Made by a program: the position numbers and the translations under genes
NCBI GenBank assembly: GCA_018238545.1
Contig: JABCTC010000010.1
Coordinates: 1-64,000 of the forward strand
Source: Candidatus Heimdallarchaeota archaeon
Lineage (GTDB): Archaea; Asgardarchaeota; Heimdallarchaeia; Heimdallarchaeales; Heimdallarchaeaceae
Length of the DNA: 64,000 bases
Direction of reading: 5' to 3'
Shown: piece by piece, positions 38,342 through 48,460 of the stretch
Numbering within the stretch: position 1 is the stretch's first letter
Layout: every line of letters begins with the position of its first letter
The notes under the pieces: model-generated
The model's input: only the letters and a program-made list of their open reading frames with translations
Told to the model about the DNA's origin: nothing
Database searches by the model: none

Positions 38342-39157
38342 TTGTATCAACCTATTTGGAAAACTTCTGGAATTCCTTTCCTTAAAGGTAAAAGACCTCT
38401 GGTGATGGCTCATCGAGGAAGAAGCGTTTTCACACCAGAAAGTTCATTTTTGGCATTTAATGAGGCATATGATGTAAATGTTGATGTTTTGGAAACAGAT
38501 ATTAGAATCACCAAAGATTGCACCCCAGTTATATTTCATGATGAAACTTTAGACAGAACTACCAATGGCAAAGGAAAAATCTCAGATTTTAATCTGGATG
38601 AGCTTATGGAGTTTGATCTTGGCTATTGGCACACAAACAAGGGGAAAGATGATTATCCTTTCAGGAATAAAGGATTACATATTTTGCCTCTTTATACATT
38701 CTTCGAGAAATTTCCAAAAGTGAAAATTAACTTGGATATCAAAGATGATTTCAAACAAGCTCCTTCTATATTATTCGAAACAATAAGAGAAAGTGGAGCT
38801 GAACAAAGAGTTTTGGTAAGTTCATTCCACAATAAACAAATTCTTAGATTTAGAGATATAAGCAAGCATTCTGAAATACCAACTAGTGCAAACAAAAAAG
38901 AAGTTTTAGCTTTTGTTTCCAATCTTTGGATATTCTCGAAGAAGGATTACTGCGCATTACAAGTTCCTTTAACACATTCTTTTATTAGAATTGTAACTGT
39001 TAATTCTATAAAGAAGGCTCATCGAAATAATATTGCAGTGCATCCATGGACAATAAACAGTAAAGAAAACATGCTTTCTTTATTGTCATGGGAAATTGAT
39101 GGAATCTTTACTGATGATCCAGAATTATTGATTGAAATTCTTGATGCTACAGATTGA
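38342..39157 (+). CDS. Glycerophosphodiester phosphodiesterase
   Basis: AHRG, PE, ETDIRITKD...VIFHD..LDRTT, WTIN and DGIFTD motifs. Confidence 0.93.
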   Translation: MYQPIWKTSGIPFLKGKRPLVMAHRGRSVFTPESSFLAFNEAYDVNVDVLETDIRITKDCTPVIFHDETLDRTTNGKGKISDFNLDELMEFDLGYWHTNKGKDDYPFRNKGLHILPLYTFFEKFPKVKINLDIKDDFKQAPSILFETIRESGAEQRVLVSSFHNKQILRFRDISKHSEIPTSANKKEVLAFVSNLWIFSKKDYCALQVPLTHSFIRIVTVNSIKKAHRNNIAVHPWTINSKENMLSLLSWEIDGIFTDDPELLIEILDATD

Positions 39158-40004
39158 AAAAGGATTGTATCTGCAAAATATATTCTTTTGGTACAGAAAC
39201 TCCACCCAGTGTTCCTTTGTCACCATGAAAATCACTTCCTCCAGTTACCAATAAATCATTTTGTTTACAATAATCTAAAAGAAACTTTGTAACTTTTTGA
39301 ATCTTCTTTGCAGGAAAATTTGAGAAAGCGTTTTCATAATTATAATATACTTCAATTCCCTTCAACCCCCATGAAATAAGCATATCTAATAATTCTTCCA
39401 TTTTCTTCAAATCGTGTTTTTCAACGAATAGTGGGTGGGGAAGAACTGCTATCCCTTTTGCTTTATTGATTTGTTGAATGGCTTCTTCTGGTTCTATAGT
39501 CAGTCTAGGCACGTAAGCCGGTCGCCCCTCTGCTAGATATTCATTAAAAGCTTCTTTAATAGAACTCACATACCCTTTTGTTTTTAGTGCTCTGGCAAAA
39601 TGTGGTCTTCCTGGGCTAGAGGCATCACCGATTTCTTTGATTACATCATCAAAAATAATATTTAATCCAATTTCTTGAAGTTTTGCTAGTATTTTGTGTG
39701 TCCTGTCTCTTCTAGCGTTTTGTAGTTTCACTAAACTTTGTTTAAAAGTAGAATTATTGGCGTTGAAATTGTAACCAAGTATCTCGATTTTTTCTTGTTT
39801 ATGTCTAGCAGAAATTTCTATTCCTGTAATATATGAAAAGGAGTAGTTTACTGAATCCCTACTTGCAATTGCTGTTCCCTTAATTGAATCATGATCTGTT
39901 ATTGAGAAAATGGTGAGTCTCTCCTTTTCTGCCATTTCTAGCAGTTGTAGAGGTGTAAATATTCCATCTGAAAAACTAGAATGGCAATGCAGATCAATTT
40001 TCAT
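39147..40004 (-). CDS. PHP-domain phosphoesterase (TrpH/YciV-like)
   Basis: DLHCHS..SDG, ITDHD, GIEIS, GRPH and TGGSDFHG motifs. Confidence 0.92.
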   Translation of the reverse strand: MKIDLHCHSSFSDGIFTPLQLLEMAEKERLTIFSITDHDSIKGTAIASRDSVNYSFSYITGIEISARHKQEKIEILGYNFNANNSTFKQSLVKLQNARRDRTHKILAKLQEIGLNIIFDDVIKEIGDASSPGRPHFARALKTKGYVSSIKEAFNEYLAEGRPAYVPRLTIEPEEAIQQINKAKGIAVLPHPLFVEKHDLKKMEELLDMLISWGLKGIEVYYNYENAFSNFPAKKIQKVTKFLLDYCKQNDLLVTGGSDFHGDKGTLGGVSVPKEYILQIQSFFNL

Positions 40005-40008
40005 GTTT

Positions 40009-40422
40009 CTATACCTCTACTCTGTATAATCTCTTGTTTATTTCGTCTACTTCAACAAATGTCTGGTAGATAAGACAAATAACTACCATAATCCAAGCAA
40101 TACCTACAAGGATGAAAGTAAGGGCACTAAATTTGTTAACAAGTGTTGAAATTCCATAAACTATTGCTTCAAGTGCTGCTAGAATAGGTATGGATAGAAG
40201 CAGTATTGGCAGAAAGTTGATTGTTCTGGTAACATTTAAGCAATTATTTTCTTCTTTCACATAGAATGTGATAATTGATGCTGGTATAACTATGAAACAG
40301 ATTATTTTCATTTCATTGTCAGTTCTTTTTTTTTGTTTCAATGTACTTCTTTTTCTTGATATCTTAGCTATCATATCAAAAAATTCTTCGGTTTTTAGGG
40401 CTAAAAACTGAAACTTCTTCAT
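40009..40422 (-). CDS. Hypothetical membrane protein
   Basis: Hydrophobic segments; sits in an operon between pcp and the PHP gene. Confidence 0.6.
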   Translation of the reverse strand: MKKFQFLALKTEEFFDMIAKISRKRSTLKQKKRTDNEMKIICFIVIPASIITFYVKEENNCLNVTRTINFLPILLLSIPILAALEAIVYGISTLVNKFSALTFILVGIAWIMVVICLIYQTFVEVDEINKRLYRVEV

Positions 40423-41051
40423 TCTCTATTCTCCTCTTGTAAATGTTTAATTGTTGTTGTTATTGCAATTTCTAGAGCGTGGATAATTAATTCTAATGTC
40501 ATTGATGGGGAATTTTTACCAATAACCTGCTCAGGGAGTGAAGGAACATGAATGAATCCAGCGGGAATATTAATCTCATTGTTATTTATAAACTGCATTA
40601 AATGGTAAAAAATCTGATTACATCCAAATGTGCCTGCTGAATTCGATATTTCACATGGGATTTTATTTTCTTCTAGACACTCCTTGATTTTCCTAATCGG
40701 TAATGTGGAGAAATACCCTTCTTTACCATTATCCTCTAATATTTCATCGATTGGTTTTGTACCACAGCTATAAGCAGATTTTTCTAAGCTAGCGATATTT
40801 ATCGCAATTCTTTCTAAAGAAATAACTGATCTTGGTGATTGACCAGTACATATTACTATTTCCGGTTTTTCTTCTGTCAAAATGCGCTCAATAATATTTT
40901 TAATTTCATTATAGCGTAGTGGAATCTCAATAGCTTTTATTTTGTATCCATCTATAATCTTCTTATTGAAAGCTTTACATGCTACTATTGAAGGATTAAC
41001 ATCTGATCCCCCAAAAGGCTCGAAACCGGTTAATATTATCCTTTTTGACAT
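40419..41051 (-). CDS. pcp: Pyroglutamyl-peptidase I (C15)
   Basis: TGFEPFGG..VNPS, ERIAIN, SAGTFGCN and GFIHVP motifs. Confidence 0.95.
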   Translation of the reverse strand: MSKRIILTGFEPFGGSDVNPSIVACKAFNKKIIDGYKIKAIEIPLRYNEIKNIIERILTEEKPEIVICTGQSPRSVISLERIAINIASLEKSAYSCGTKPIDEILEDNGKEGYFSTLPIRKIKECLEENKIPCEISNSAGTFGCNQIFYHLMQFINNNEINIPAGFIHVPSLPEQVIGKNSPSMTLELIIHALEIAITTTIKHLQEENRE

Positions 41052-41215
41052 ACTATATCAATTCTTTAGCTTAGATTTGCGTTTGAGACTAGTTTTAATT
41101 AGCAAAATAAAAGCTTTCACGTTTTTCTTATGATACATTCAGTAGATAAAAACTTTGCAATCTAAAGATTTTTAAAAAGAATCATCTCAATTTTGACATT
41201 CAGAAGGGTTACGCA

Positions 41216-42061
41216 ATGGTAATTAATGAAATTGAAAATATTAGCGGAATTGGACCCAAAGCAGCTAAAACACTTGTAGATTGTGGTTTCAACACTATAG
41301 AAAAACTAGCAAAGGCTACAGCAGATGAATTATCACAATTACCTGGTATAGGGAAATCAACTGCTGAAAAAATGATTCTAAATGCAAATGAAGCATTAAC
41401 TTCAAACAAGAAACCTGTTACTAAAGCAGTCACAAAGAAAGCTGAAGTTAAACCAAAGGTAAAGAAAGTAGATAAAGAGTCAATTCCTAAACCTCCGGCT
41501 TTGAAGAAAAAAGCAGATGAAACATCCATACATCCATCAGTCAAAACTACTAAACCAGTTGCTAAAACCCCACCTAAAAAGCCTGCTGTTAAAAAACCAG
41601 CAATAAAAGCTGAAACAAAGAAACCAATAACTAAAAAACCCGCAGTCAAACCCAAAGCAACTATCGCTGTGAAGAAAGGTATATCATCAGCTGCTAGAAA
41701 AGCTATTAAACAAGCATCTGGTATGCCAAGGATAAAATCTAAGACTTCTAAAAAGAAATCGAAAGTTAAGAAAAAGGTTACTTTGTCTAAAACATATGGA
41801 ATTGTCCATTCTGTTCTCCATGATGCTTCAGGTAGATCTTCTAATAGAGCAGTGATATTACATCTTTATGATATGGAACTGCCAATTTACAGTTACTTAG
41901 GAAGAAAAGTAAGCCTAAAATATGCTAAATCAGATAAACAACTGACTGGAACAATATCACGTGTCCATGGTAAGAAATCTTCCAGAAATAATGCTGTTAT
42001 AGTACGTTTCCAAAAAGGAGTAAGCCCACATATACTATCTGCAAGAGCCACCTTAAAATAA
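41216..42061 (+). CDS. HhH domain, Lys/Pro/Ala-rich linker and ribosomal eL33 (L35Ae)-like C-terminal domain
   Basis: ISGIGPKAA/LPGIGKSTA HhH; KKPAVKK-type repeats; YLGRKV...LTGTISRVHG....AVIVRFQKGV resembles archaeal L35Ae. Confidence 0.7.
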   Translation: MVINEIENISGIGPKAAKTLVDCGFNTIEKLAKATADELSQLPGIGKSTAEKMILNANEALTSNKKPVTKAVTKKAEVKPKVKKVDKESIPKPPALKKKADETSIHPSVKTTKPVAKTPPKKPAVKKPAIKAETKKPITKKPAVKPKATIAVKKGISSAARKAIKQASGMPRIKSKTSKKKSKVKKKVTLSKTYGIVHSVLHDASGRSSNRAVILHLYDMELPIYSYLGRKVSLKYAKSDKQLTGTISRVHGKKSSRNNAVIVRFQKGVSPHILSARATLK

Positions 42062-42105
42062 ACTACCCCAATAATTTTAAAAGGGATTATCTATAGTGAA
42101 ATACA

Positions 42106-42471
42106 ATGGTGACTAAACAAGGTTATATCAGAATTAGTCAGGGAATTTCAATAGGTGGAGGTATACTATATATTATAGGTGGTATCATTCTAATTGTAGA
42201 CTTTTTTATGCCTAGTTTTGAGCTGCCCCCTGTTGCAATTGGACTGATAATTGGAACCCCCTTTTATATTATACAGCTGGATATTTTAATCCTAACTGTT
42301 ATTTGTATAGTAATTGGGGCTTCAGCGGTAATTTTCGTGAGTAGGGAAAAGCATATACTGCTTGGAGGCATATTTGTTATTATAGCAGGTCTTATAGGAT
42401 TAGGTATTCCAGGCCTGGTAATTATTGTAGGAGGAAGCATCTACATTGTTGCTTCGACGAGAAATCGTTGA
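42106..42471 (+). CDS. Small Gly-rich membrane protein
   Basis: 3-4 hydrophobic helices with GG motifs; paralogous to the next gene. Confidence 0.7.
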   Translation: MVTKQGYIRISQGISIGGGILYIIGGIILIVDFFMPSFELPPVAIGLIIGTPFYIIQLDILILTVICIVIGASAVIFVSREKHILLGGIFVIIAGLIGLGIPGLVIIVGGSIYIVASTRNR

Positions 42472-42536
42472 TATGTTTTTTTAAAAACAAATCCATTTTC
42501 CTATAAATTTAAATATAAATACCATTTTCTATTAAC

Positions 42537-42893
42537 ATGGCAAAACGAAATAAATCACTTTCTAATGTAGGATCCATTCTAGCTGTTCTAGGAGGAGCAA
42601 TTGAAGTCGTTGTAGGCGTTTTAATGCTGATAGGGGAAACCTTAGGTGGTATTGTTGATATTTTTAACACTGCAAACTGGCTAGGTGATCTAGTTGGAGG
42701 ATTAGGAGCAATAGTTGGTGCTATAATACTAATTGTTATTGGTGTTCTTTCCATTCTCTTGGCACTTGGAAGATTCGGATTAGATTGGATAGTTTTAGGT
42801 ATCCTATTAATTGTGCTCGGTGTTGTAGGAAGCGGAATCGGTGGGTTATTAGTAATAATCGGTGGAATACTATTCCTAATTGCTGGACTGTAG
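42537..42893 (+). CDS. Small Gly-rich membrane protein
   Basis: GxxxG-rich TM helices; C-terminal GGLLVIIGGILFLIA resembles PGLVIIVGGSIYIVA in the previous gene. Confidence 0.75.
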   Translation: MAKRNKSLSNVGSILAVLGGAIEVVVGVLMLIGETLGGIVDIFNTANWLGDLVGGLGAIVGAIILIVIGVLSILLALGRFGLDWIVLGILLIVLGVVGSGIGGLLVIIGGILFLIAGL

Positions 42894-42969
42894 AAAGAGT
42901 TTACAACTCTTTTTTTTTATACCCTAATTCATTTTACAATAGTTTTTATACATTGATTCTTCTTTTTAA

Positions 42970-45963
42970 TTGAAGAAGATGACAGAGAAAAATGCACAGA
43001 ATCCATCGATGCATATTGGAAAAGAACATTCAACACAAGAAGATGTTTATTTGCCTGTTAAAGCTTTGAGCAAACATATCAGTGTTTTTGGTCAGAGTGG
43101 TTCAGGAAAAACTGTAGTATGTAAAATCCTTATTGAAGAAGCTGTAAGGAATAACATCCCAGCGATTATAATTGATCCTCAAGGGGATATTAGTAGTCTT
43201 GTTATTGTTGAAGATTATGATAAATTGAAACCTTATGGCATCTCTAAAGCGTTTTTTGAACAATACAAAGATAAGGTGGAAGTCGTTGTTTTCACTCCAG
43301 CATCGGAGAAAGGAATACCTCTTTCCATAAACCCACTAATCATGCCTCCCCAAGAGTTGGACAGAGAAGAAAAGATTCTTGCAATAGATGGAATTGCAAC
43401 AACCATTGCTAATGTTTTGGGCTATAAACTAAATTCTGAAAAAGGAGGAGCAATTAAAGCTTATTTAGTGTCTCTTTTTGAACAGTGTCTGATCAAAGAT
43501 ATTCTGATTGCAGATTTTGAGATGTTGATTGATTTAATAAAAACAGAAATTGCATACTTACCAGAAAATATCCGAACACTGCTCTCACAAAAAGAAAAAG
43601 CTTCGTTGATTAAGAGAATAAAATCTATTAATGTTGGAGCACCTTCTTTGGTATTCAATTTAGGACCAAAGCTCTCAATTCAGACTCTAATAAAACCAAC
43701 CAATCCTAATAAAGTAAGAATTTCAATAATTTATCTAAATACTTTAACAAATTTAAGGCTGAGGGAAATCTATATTACTACTTTAGCTCAAAGCCTCTAT
43801 ACATACATTAGATCCAATCCTTCACCAGATCCTCAACTGATTTTTTACATTGATGAATTGGCAGGACCACCACAACTTATACCACCTCATCCAAAAAATC
43901 CTGTAACAAAACAATGGTTGCAATTATTATTCAAACAGGGACGTAAATTTGGTTTATCAATGCTTGTTGCAACGCAAAATATCAGTGATGTCGACTACAA
44001 AGCTTTTGGACAAGTTAGTACTTTCTTCTTCGGTCGTTTTGTCACTCCCCAAGATCTTAGAATTGTTGATAATATGCTGCAATCTCATCCAGACGCACGG
44101 TTTATTGTTGACCAGTTACAACAATTCAAAAGCGGTGAATTTTACATTCTTTCACCTGATGTCTTCCCAGAACCAGTTCACATAAGCACTCGCAGGCTCT
44201 ATTCAATCCACAAAACTCTTTCAGATGAAGATGTCGCTAAAATGTATGATTTTCCCCCACCAACGTTATGTAAACAAATTGGAACTTATGATCACGATAT
44301 CGACTCAATGGATTTAGAGGATATTTCAAAGGAACTAAATTTGGATGATTTAGAGAAAGAATTATCTTCAATAAGAAAGTTTTCTAGTAAAACAAGTCTC
44401 TTGGATAAACAAGCAGGAATCGATAAGGCAGAAACTTCTGATTCAGAATCAGAAACTCAACCTGAAGGGCTAGAAGCATTACCCATAGAAACTAAGGAAG
44501 GTTTTCAAGAAGTAATTGAAAAGGAACCAGAGATGGAACCAATCGACTTTTCCAATATAATAAAAACAATGAAAGATCAGTATCTGAAATATGAACCAGT
44601 AGAATTTAAGGAATTATTAGAAAAATTCTTTGGGAATAAAAAATTAAGTTATCTCGGGACTCAAAATCTAGAATTGGCCTATATACCATTTTTGTATTTG
44701 GATTTTAGAATTAAAGCTCAACGAAGAATTCAAGTAAACTATGCCAATGCTGATCGTTGGGGTGAAGTAACTCTTGATCTACCAATTAAACGAATATTCC
44801 CATTACTAGATAAAATTGAGTTAGGGGGAGAAGAAAAAATCTGGGGTCAGAAATCCATACCTATTCAAGCTGAAGAGGTATTTGATGAGCTCATTTCAGT
44901 CCTTCCTCTGAAAAACCTTGGTAGTTTATATGGCACTAAATCCTCAAATATCAGAAAGCTAGAAATTCAAAGAACTCCTGAAACAATATTGGAATCCTTC
45001 CACGATGTGTTGCTTAATGATGAAACTTTCTATGGACAAGCATGGAAGAAAGCTATTGAAGAAGGATTAGTGAATATTGAAAATGAACATAAAGCTGAAA
45101 TTAATCACTGGGCAGAAGAATTACAAAAAGAAAGAAAAGATATTTTCACTGTAATTGATAGTAAGCGAAAAAGAGTGAAGAAATTCAAAGCTCAAATTGA
45201 GAAAGCTAAAGGAATTTATGTTGCACTGAAACCTTTGATGACAGACAAATACAAATTTAAGAGCAACCGTGATGTTGGGGATTACAACAAAGCTCTAGAA
45301 ACAATAAAGTTTGGTCCTGAAGTAATTAAGAATCATATAAAGGAAATTGAAGATGGAGTTGAAAAAATTAAATCAATAGATACTCAGCTTAAATCATATC
45401 CAAGAGTTAAGCTTCTTCAAGATAGCAATTTTACTCTAAGTAAGAAAGATTTTAGCATTCCAAAAGCTAGCGAAATTAAAGATATTTATGCTGCAATAAT
45501 TTATATTCCTGTTTCACTCGCAGAAATATCTATAGTAGATGAGAAAGGCAATAAATTATTGCTTGAAGGGATTGCTGAATCTACTTTAGGCACTGAAATT
45601 CATCTTCTATGTGAAATATGTCTAGAACAGAAATCTTCCAAGATGTTATTTGTTTCCACTCCAGATGTTTGTAGTGTTTGTGGAAAGGTTTTATGTCAAG
45701 ACCATTCTATAGAAGGTTCTATATCAAAAAACATAATTTGTACAAATCATGCTGTCGTGTGTACATCGTGTAAAAATGTTGTTTCTACCGAATATGCAGA
45801 GAAATGCGAATTCTGTGATAATTTTACTTGTAATGATCATATTCAAAAATGCTCTCGATGCGGAAAAGTTGTTTGTAATAAGCATGGAAGAGAAGTAGTT
45901 AAAAAGAGTCTTTTCAAAGAAGAAACAGTGATACTCTGTCCTGATCATCAGAAAAGGAAGTGA
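42970..45963 (+). CDS. HerA/FtsK-VirB4 superfamily ATPase with coiled coil and Cys/His-rich Zn-binding C-terminus
   Basis: GQSGSGKT, IIDPQGD, FYIDE, QGRKFG and ATQN motifs; C-terminal CxxC...CxxH repeats. Confidence 0.88.
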   Translation: MKKMTEKNAQNPSMHIGKEHSTQEDVYLPVKALSKHISVFGQSGSGKTVVCKILIEEAVRNNIPAIIIDPQGDISSLVIVEDYDKLKPYGISKAFFEQYKDKVEVVVFTPASEKGIPLSINPLIMPPQELDREEKILAIDGIATTIANVLGYKLNSEKGGAIKAYLVSLFEQCLIKDILIADFEMLIDLIKTEIAYLPENIRTLLSQKEKASLIKRIKSINVGAPSLVFNLGPKLSIQTLIKPTNPNKVRISIIYLNTLTNLRLREIYITTLAQSLYTYIRSNPSPDPQLIFYIDELAGPPQLIPPHPKNPVTKQWLQLLFKQGRKFGLSMLVATQNISDVDYKAFGQVSTFFFGRFVTPQDLRIVDNMLQSHPDARFIVDQLQQFKSGEFYILSPDVFPEPVHISTRRLYSIHKTLSDEDVAKMYDFPPPTLCKQIGTYDHDIDSMDLEDISKELNLDDLEKELSSIRKFSSKTSLLDKQAGIDKAETSDSESETQPEGLEALPIETKEGFQEVIEKEPEMEPIDFSNIIKTMKDQYLKYEPVEFKELLEKFFGNKKLSYLGTQNLELAYIPFLYLDFRIKAQRRIQVNYANADRWGEVTLDLPIKRIFPLLDKIELGGEEKIWGQKSIPIQAEEVFDELISVLPLKNLGSLYGTKSSNIRKLEIQRTPETILESFHDVLLNDETFYGQAWKKAIEEGLVNIENEHKAEINHWAEELQKERKDIFTVIDSKRKRVKKFKAQIEKAKGIYVALKPLMTDKYKFKSNRDVGDYNKALETIKFGPEVIKNHIKEIEDGVEKIKSIDTQLKSYPRVKLLQDSNFTLSKKDFSIPKASEIKDIYAAIIYIPVSLAEISIVDEKGNKLLLEGIAESTLGTEIHLLCEICLEQKSSKMLFVSTPDVCSVCGKVLCQDHSIEGSISKNIICTNHAVVCTSCKNVVSTEYAEKCEFCDNFTCNDHIQKCSRCGKVVCNKHGREVVKKSLFKEETVILCPDHQKRK

Positions 45964-45980
45964 AATAAATAAGTTCTCGA

Positions 45981-46544
45981 ATGGGTAGAAGAGCTCCTTT
46001 AGTAATCTTGTTAGCAGGATTACCTGGAACTGGTAAATCGACGTTAGCTAGAAAACTTGCTAGAAAGTATAGATTGGAGCATATAAGTACAGATTCTGTC
46101 AGAAAAAGAATCTTCCGTGATGTCAAACAAAATTCTTTTGGTAGAGGATCTTATTCACAAAGACAGAGGAATGTGGTTTATGATACTATCTGCTATGTTC
46201 TCTATACTCTTCTGAAACATGGAGTCGGTTGTGTATTAGATGGAACATTTTACCAAGATAAACTTAGGAGCAAGGTAGGTAGAATCTGTGCACGTTTTGA
46301 TGCTACATTTGTATTAGTTATAGTAGAAGCCCCAGAAGACTTAATACGCAAGAGGTTTGAAGAGAGAGCGAAGAGAAACAGAAGAACTTTAAGTGATGCT
46401 GATATAAAAGTTTTAGAAAAATACCTAGATCTCTTTGAATCAACAAATCTCCCACATATTGTAGTCAATATGGCAGATGATCACTACAAAACACTTGAAA
46501 TGATTGGAAATGCTATCTCAAAAAGAAGTAGTAGAAAAACTTAG
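45981..46544 (+). CDS. P-loop kinase (AAA_33 family)
   Basis: GLPGTGKST, STD.VRK, VLDGTF and SDAD motifs. Confidence 0.88.
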   Translation: MGRRAPLVILLAGLPGTGKSTLARKLARKYRLEHISTDSVRKRIFRDVKQNSFGRGSYSQRQRNVVYDTICYVLYTLLKHGVGCVLDGTFYQDKLRSKVGRICARFDATFVLVIVEAPEDLIRKRFEERAKRNRRTLSDADIKVLEKYLDLFESTNLPHIVVNMADDHYKTLEMIGNAISKRSSRKT

Positions 46545-47499
46545 AATCCCGTCAGCTTATCCACACGAGGTTCTAGAAAATATTGATGTAATTGAAACAA
46601 ACATTAGTTGGATTTTTCTTACTGGAAACTACGCCTATAAAATGAAGAAATCTATCAAATTTGGTGATGTTTTGGATTTCACATCCTTAGAGAAAAGGCA
46701 CGAAACAATAAACGCTGAGTTAGTATTAAACAAAAGAATGGCTCCAGATTTATATCTAAGTGTAGAAATGGTTAATTCTCAAGGAAAAATAGGTTTGACG
46801 TCTGATCCTATAGAATATCTTGTAAAGATGGTTCAACTTCCTCAAGCTTCCTTACTTCTAAATATTTTGAAGGATGAAGGTTCCATAGATAACAGTATTC
46901 TACAGAAAATAGCAGATGAAGTATCTGCATTTCATAAGCAAAATATCGTTTATCCTGAATTCTCAATATATGATAGCATTTTTGAGAAATGGGATGAGAA
47001 TTTCAGAACTACTAAAACGTACCTTGGATTTCCATATGATAAAAGTTTAGAAAATAGAGTTTACACGTTCCTAGAGACAAATAAGGAAACCTTCGATAAA
47101 AGAAAGGACGAGGGAAAAATAGTAGATGGACATGGAGATTTAATTGTAGGAAATATATTCTATAATCAAAATGAAATAATAATTTTTGACTGCATTGAAT
47201 TTAACAATATGTTGCGGATTCAAGATATTTTAGAAGAAGTAGCTTTTCTTTCCATGGATTTAGACTTTCACAAACAGGTTCGATTATCTGAGTTCTTTAT
47301 TCAACAATATATGAAAAATATGGGGGAAAAGATCGAAAATCATATCGAACTACTTTATTTTTACAAATCATATCGTGCTTATGTTAGAGCCAAAGTTTAT
47401 TATTCTTTAGCCTTACAAGAAGATTCAAATAATCAAAAACAAAAGCTAAAATCATTGACATCAGATTATATGGTTCTTGCATCATCCTATAATTTCTAA
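46504..47499 (+). CDS. Aminoglycoside phosphotransferase-like kinase
   Basis: ETNISW.FL...AYK.KK, DGHGDL..GNI, FDCIEFN, FL.MDLD and YRAYVRAKV motifs. Start probably at 46510. Confidence 0.88.
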   Translation: MEMLSQKEVVEKLRIPSAYPHEVLENIDVIETNISWIFLTGNYAYKMKKSIKFGDVLDFTSLEKRHETINAELVLNKRMAPDLYLSVEMVNSQGKIGLTSDPIEYLVKMVQLPQASLLLNILKDEGSIDNSILQKIADEVSAFHKQNIVYPEFSIYDSIFEKWDENFRTTKTYLGFPYDKSLENRVYTFLETNKETFDKRKDEGKIVDGHGDLIVGNIFYNQNEIIIFDCIEFNNMLRIQDILEEVAFLSMDLDFHKQVRLSEFFIQQYMKNMGEKIENHIELLYFYKSYRAYVRAKVYYSLALQEDSNNQKQKLKSLTSDYMVLASSYNF

Positions 47500-47576
47500 A
47501 TCATTTCAGTAATCAAGTAAGTCTACAAATACTTTATTAGTCATTTGTCACTAGTTGCGTATCATCATTTGAGATA

Positions 47577-48437
47577 GTGAAAGAATTGGTTGATGAAATG
47601 AATATTGGTTGTCATGTTTCTATCGCAAAATCTGTTGATCTGGCATTTGATAGAGCTAAAAAAATTGGCTGCTCGACATTTCAAGTTTTTTTAAAAAATC
47701 CTAGAGGGTGGGCTTTCAAAGAAATTTCCAAGGAGGAAACTGAGCGTTTTAAGAAAAAGTATTCGAATTATAATATCTCACCAGTTGTAGCTCACATATC
47801 TTATCTTCCTAATCTAGCTTCACTAGATGATGAAATTTACACTAAATCCATGGATTCATTTCGTCAAGAAATAGAACGATGTGTAATTCTAGGAATTCCT
47901 TATTTTGTTATTCATTCTGGTTCTTATAAAGGCGGGACTTTTCAAGAAGGTTTTGAAAAATATGTTGAATCTATTCAGAAGGGTATTGATTTTGGAAAAC
48001 GCAAAGTTACTATTTTAGTTGAAAACTCGGCTGGGGGAGGAAGAACTCTTACTGGCTCTTTTGTTAATATTAATGCTATTCTCAAGGAAATTAATGATTC
48101 TAAAGTAAAAGTTTGTTTTGATACATGTCATGCTTTTTCTGCAGGATATGATATCAGCAGCCAATTAGGTGTATCTAATTTCATTGCAGAAATAGAAACA
48201 ACAATAGAGATGGAATCAATAGCAATAGTTCACGCAAATGACTCAAAAACAGGAGTGGGATCAAATCGAGACTTACATGAACATTTGGGTTTGGGGAAAA
48301 TAGGCAAAATAGGCTTCTCTGAATTGATTAATGATTCAGATCTGAGAAAGAAACCATGGATTCTTGAAACTCCTATCGACGAAAGACGTACAGATGTAGA
48401 AAATATCAATTATCTTCGTTCTTTAATAAACAAATAG
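47577..48437 (+). CDS. nfo: Endonuclease IV (AP endonuclease 2)
   Basis: GCHVS, Q.F.KNPRGW, ENSAG, DTCH.FSAGYD, HANDS, DLHEH and ILETP motifs. Start probably at 47598. Confidence 0.95.
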   Translation: MKELVDEMNIGCHVSIAKSVDLAFDRAKKIGCSTFQVFLKNPRGWAFKEISKEETERFKKKYSNYNISPVVAHISYLPNLASLDDEIYTKSMDSFRQEIERCVILGIPYFVIHSGSYKGGTFQEGFEKYVESIQKGIDFGKRKVTILVENSAGGGRTLTGSFVNINAILKEINDSKVKVCFDTCHAFSAGYDISSQLGVSNFIAEIETTIEMESIAIVHANDSKTGVGSNRDLHEHLGLGKIGKIGFSELINDSDLRKKPWILETPIDERRTDVENINYLRSLINK

Positions 48438-48460
48438 AATAGAAGAAAGAGAATCTTCTC

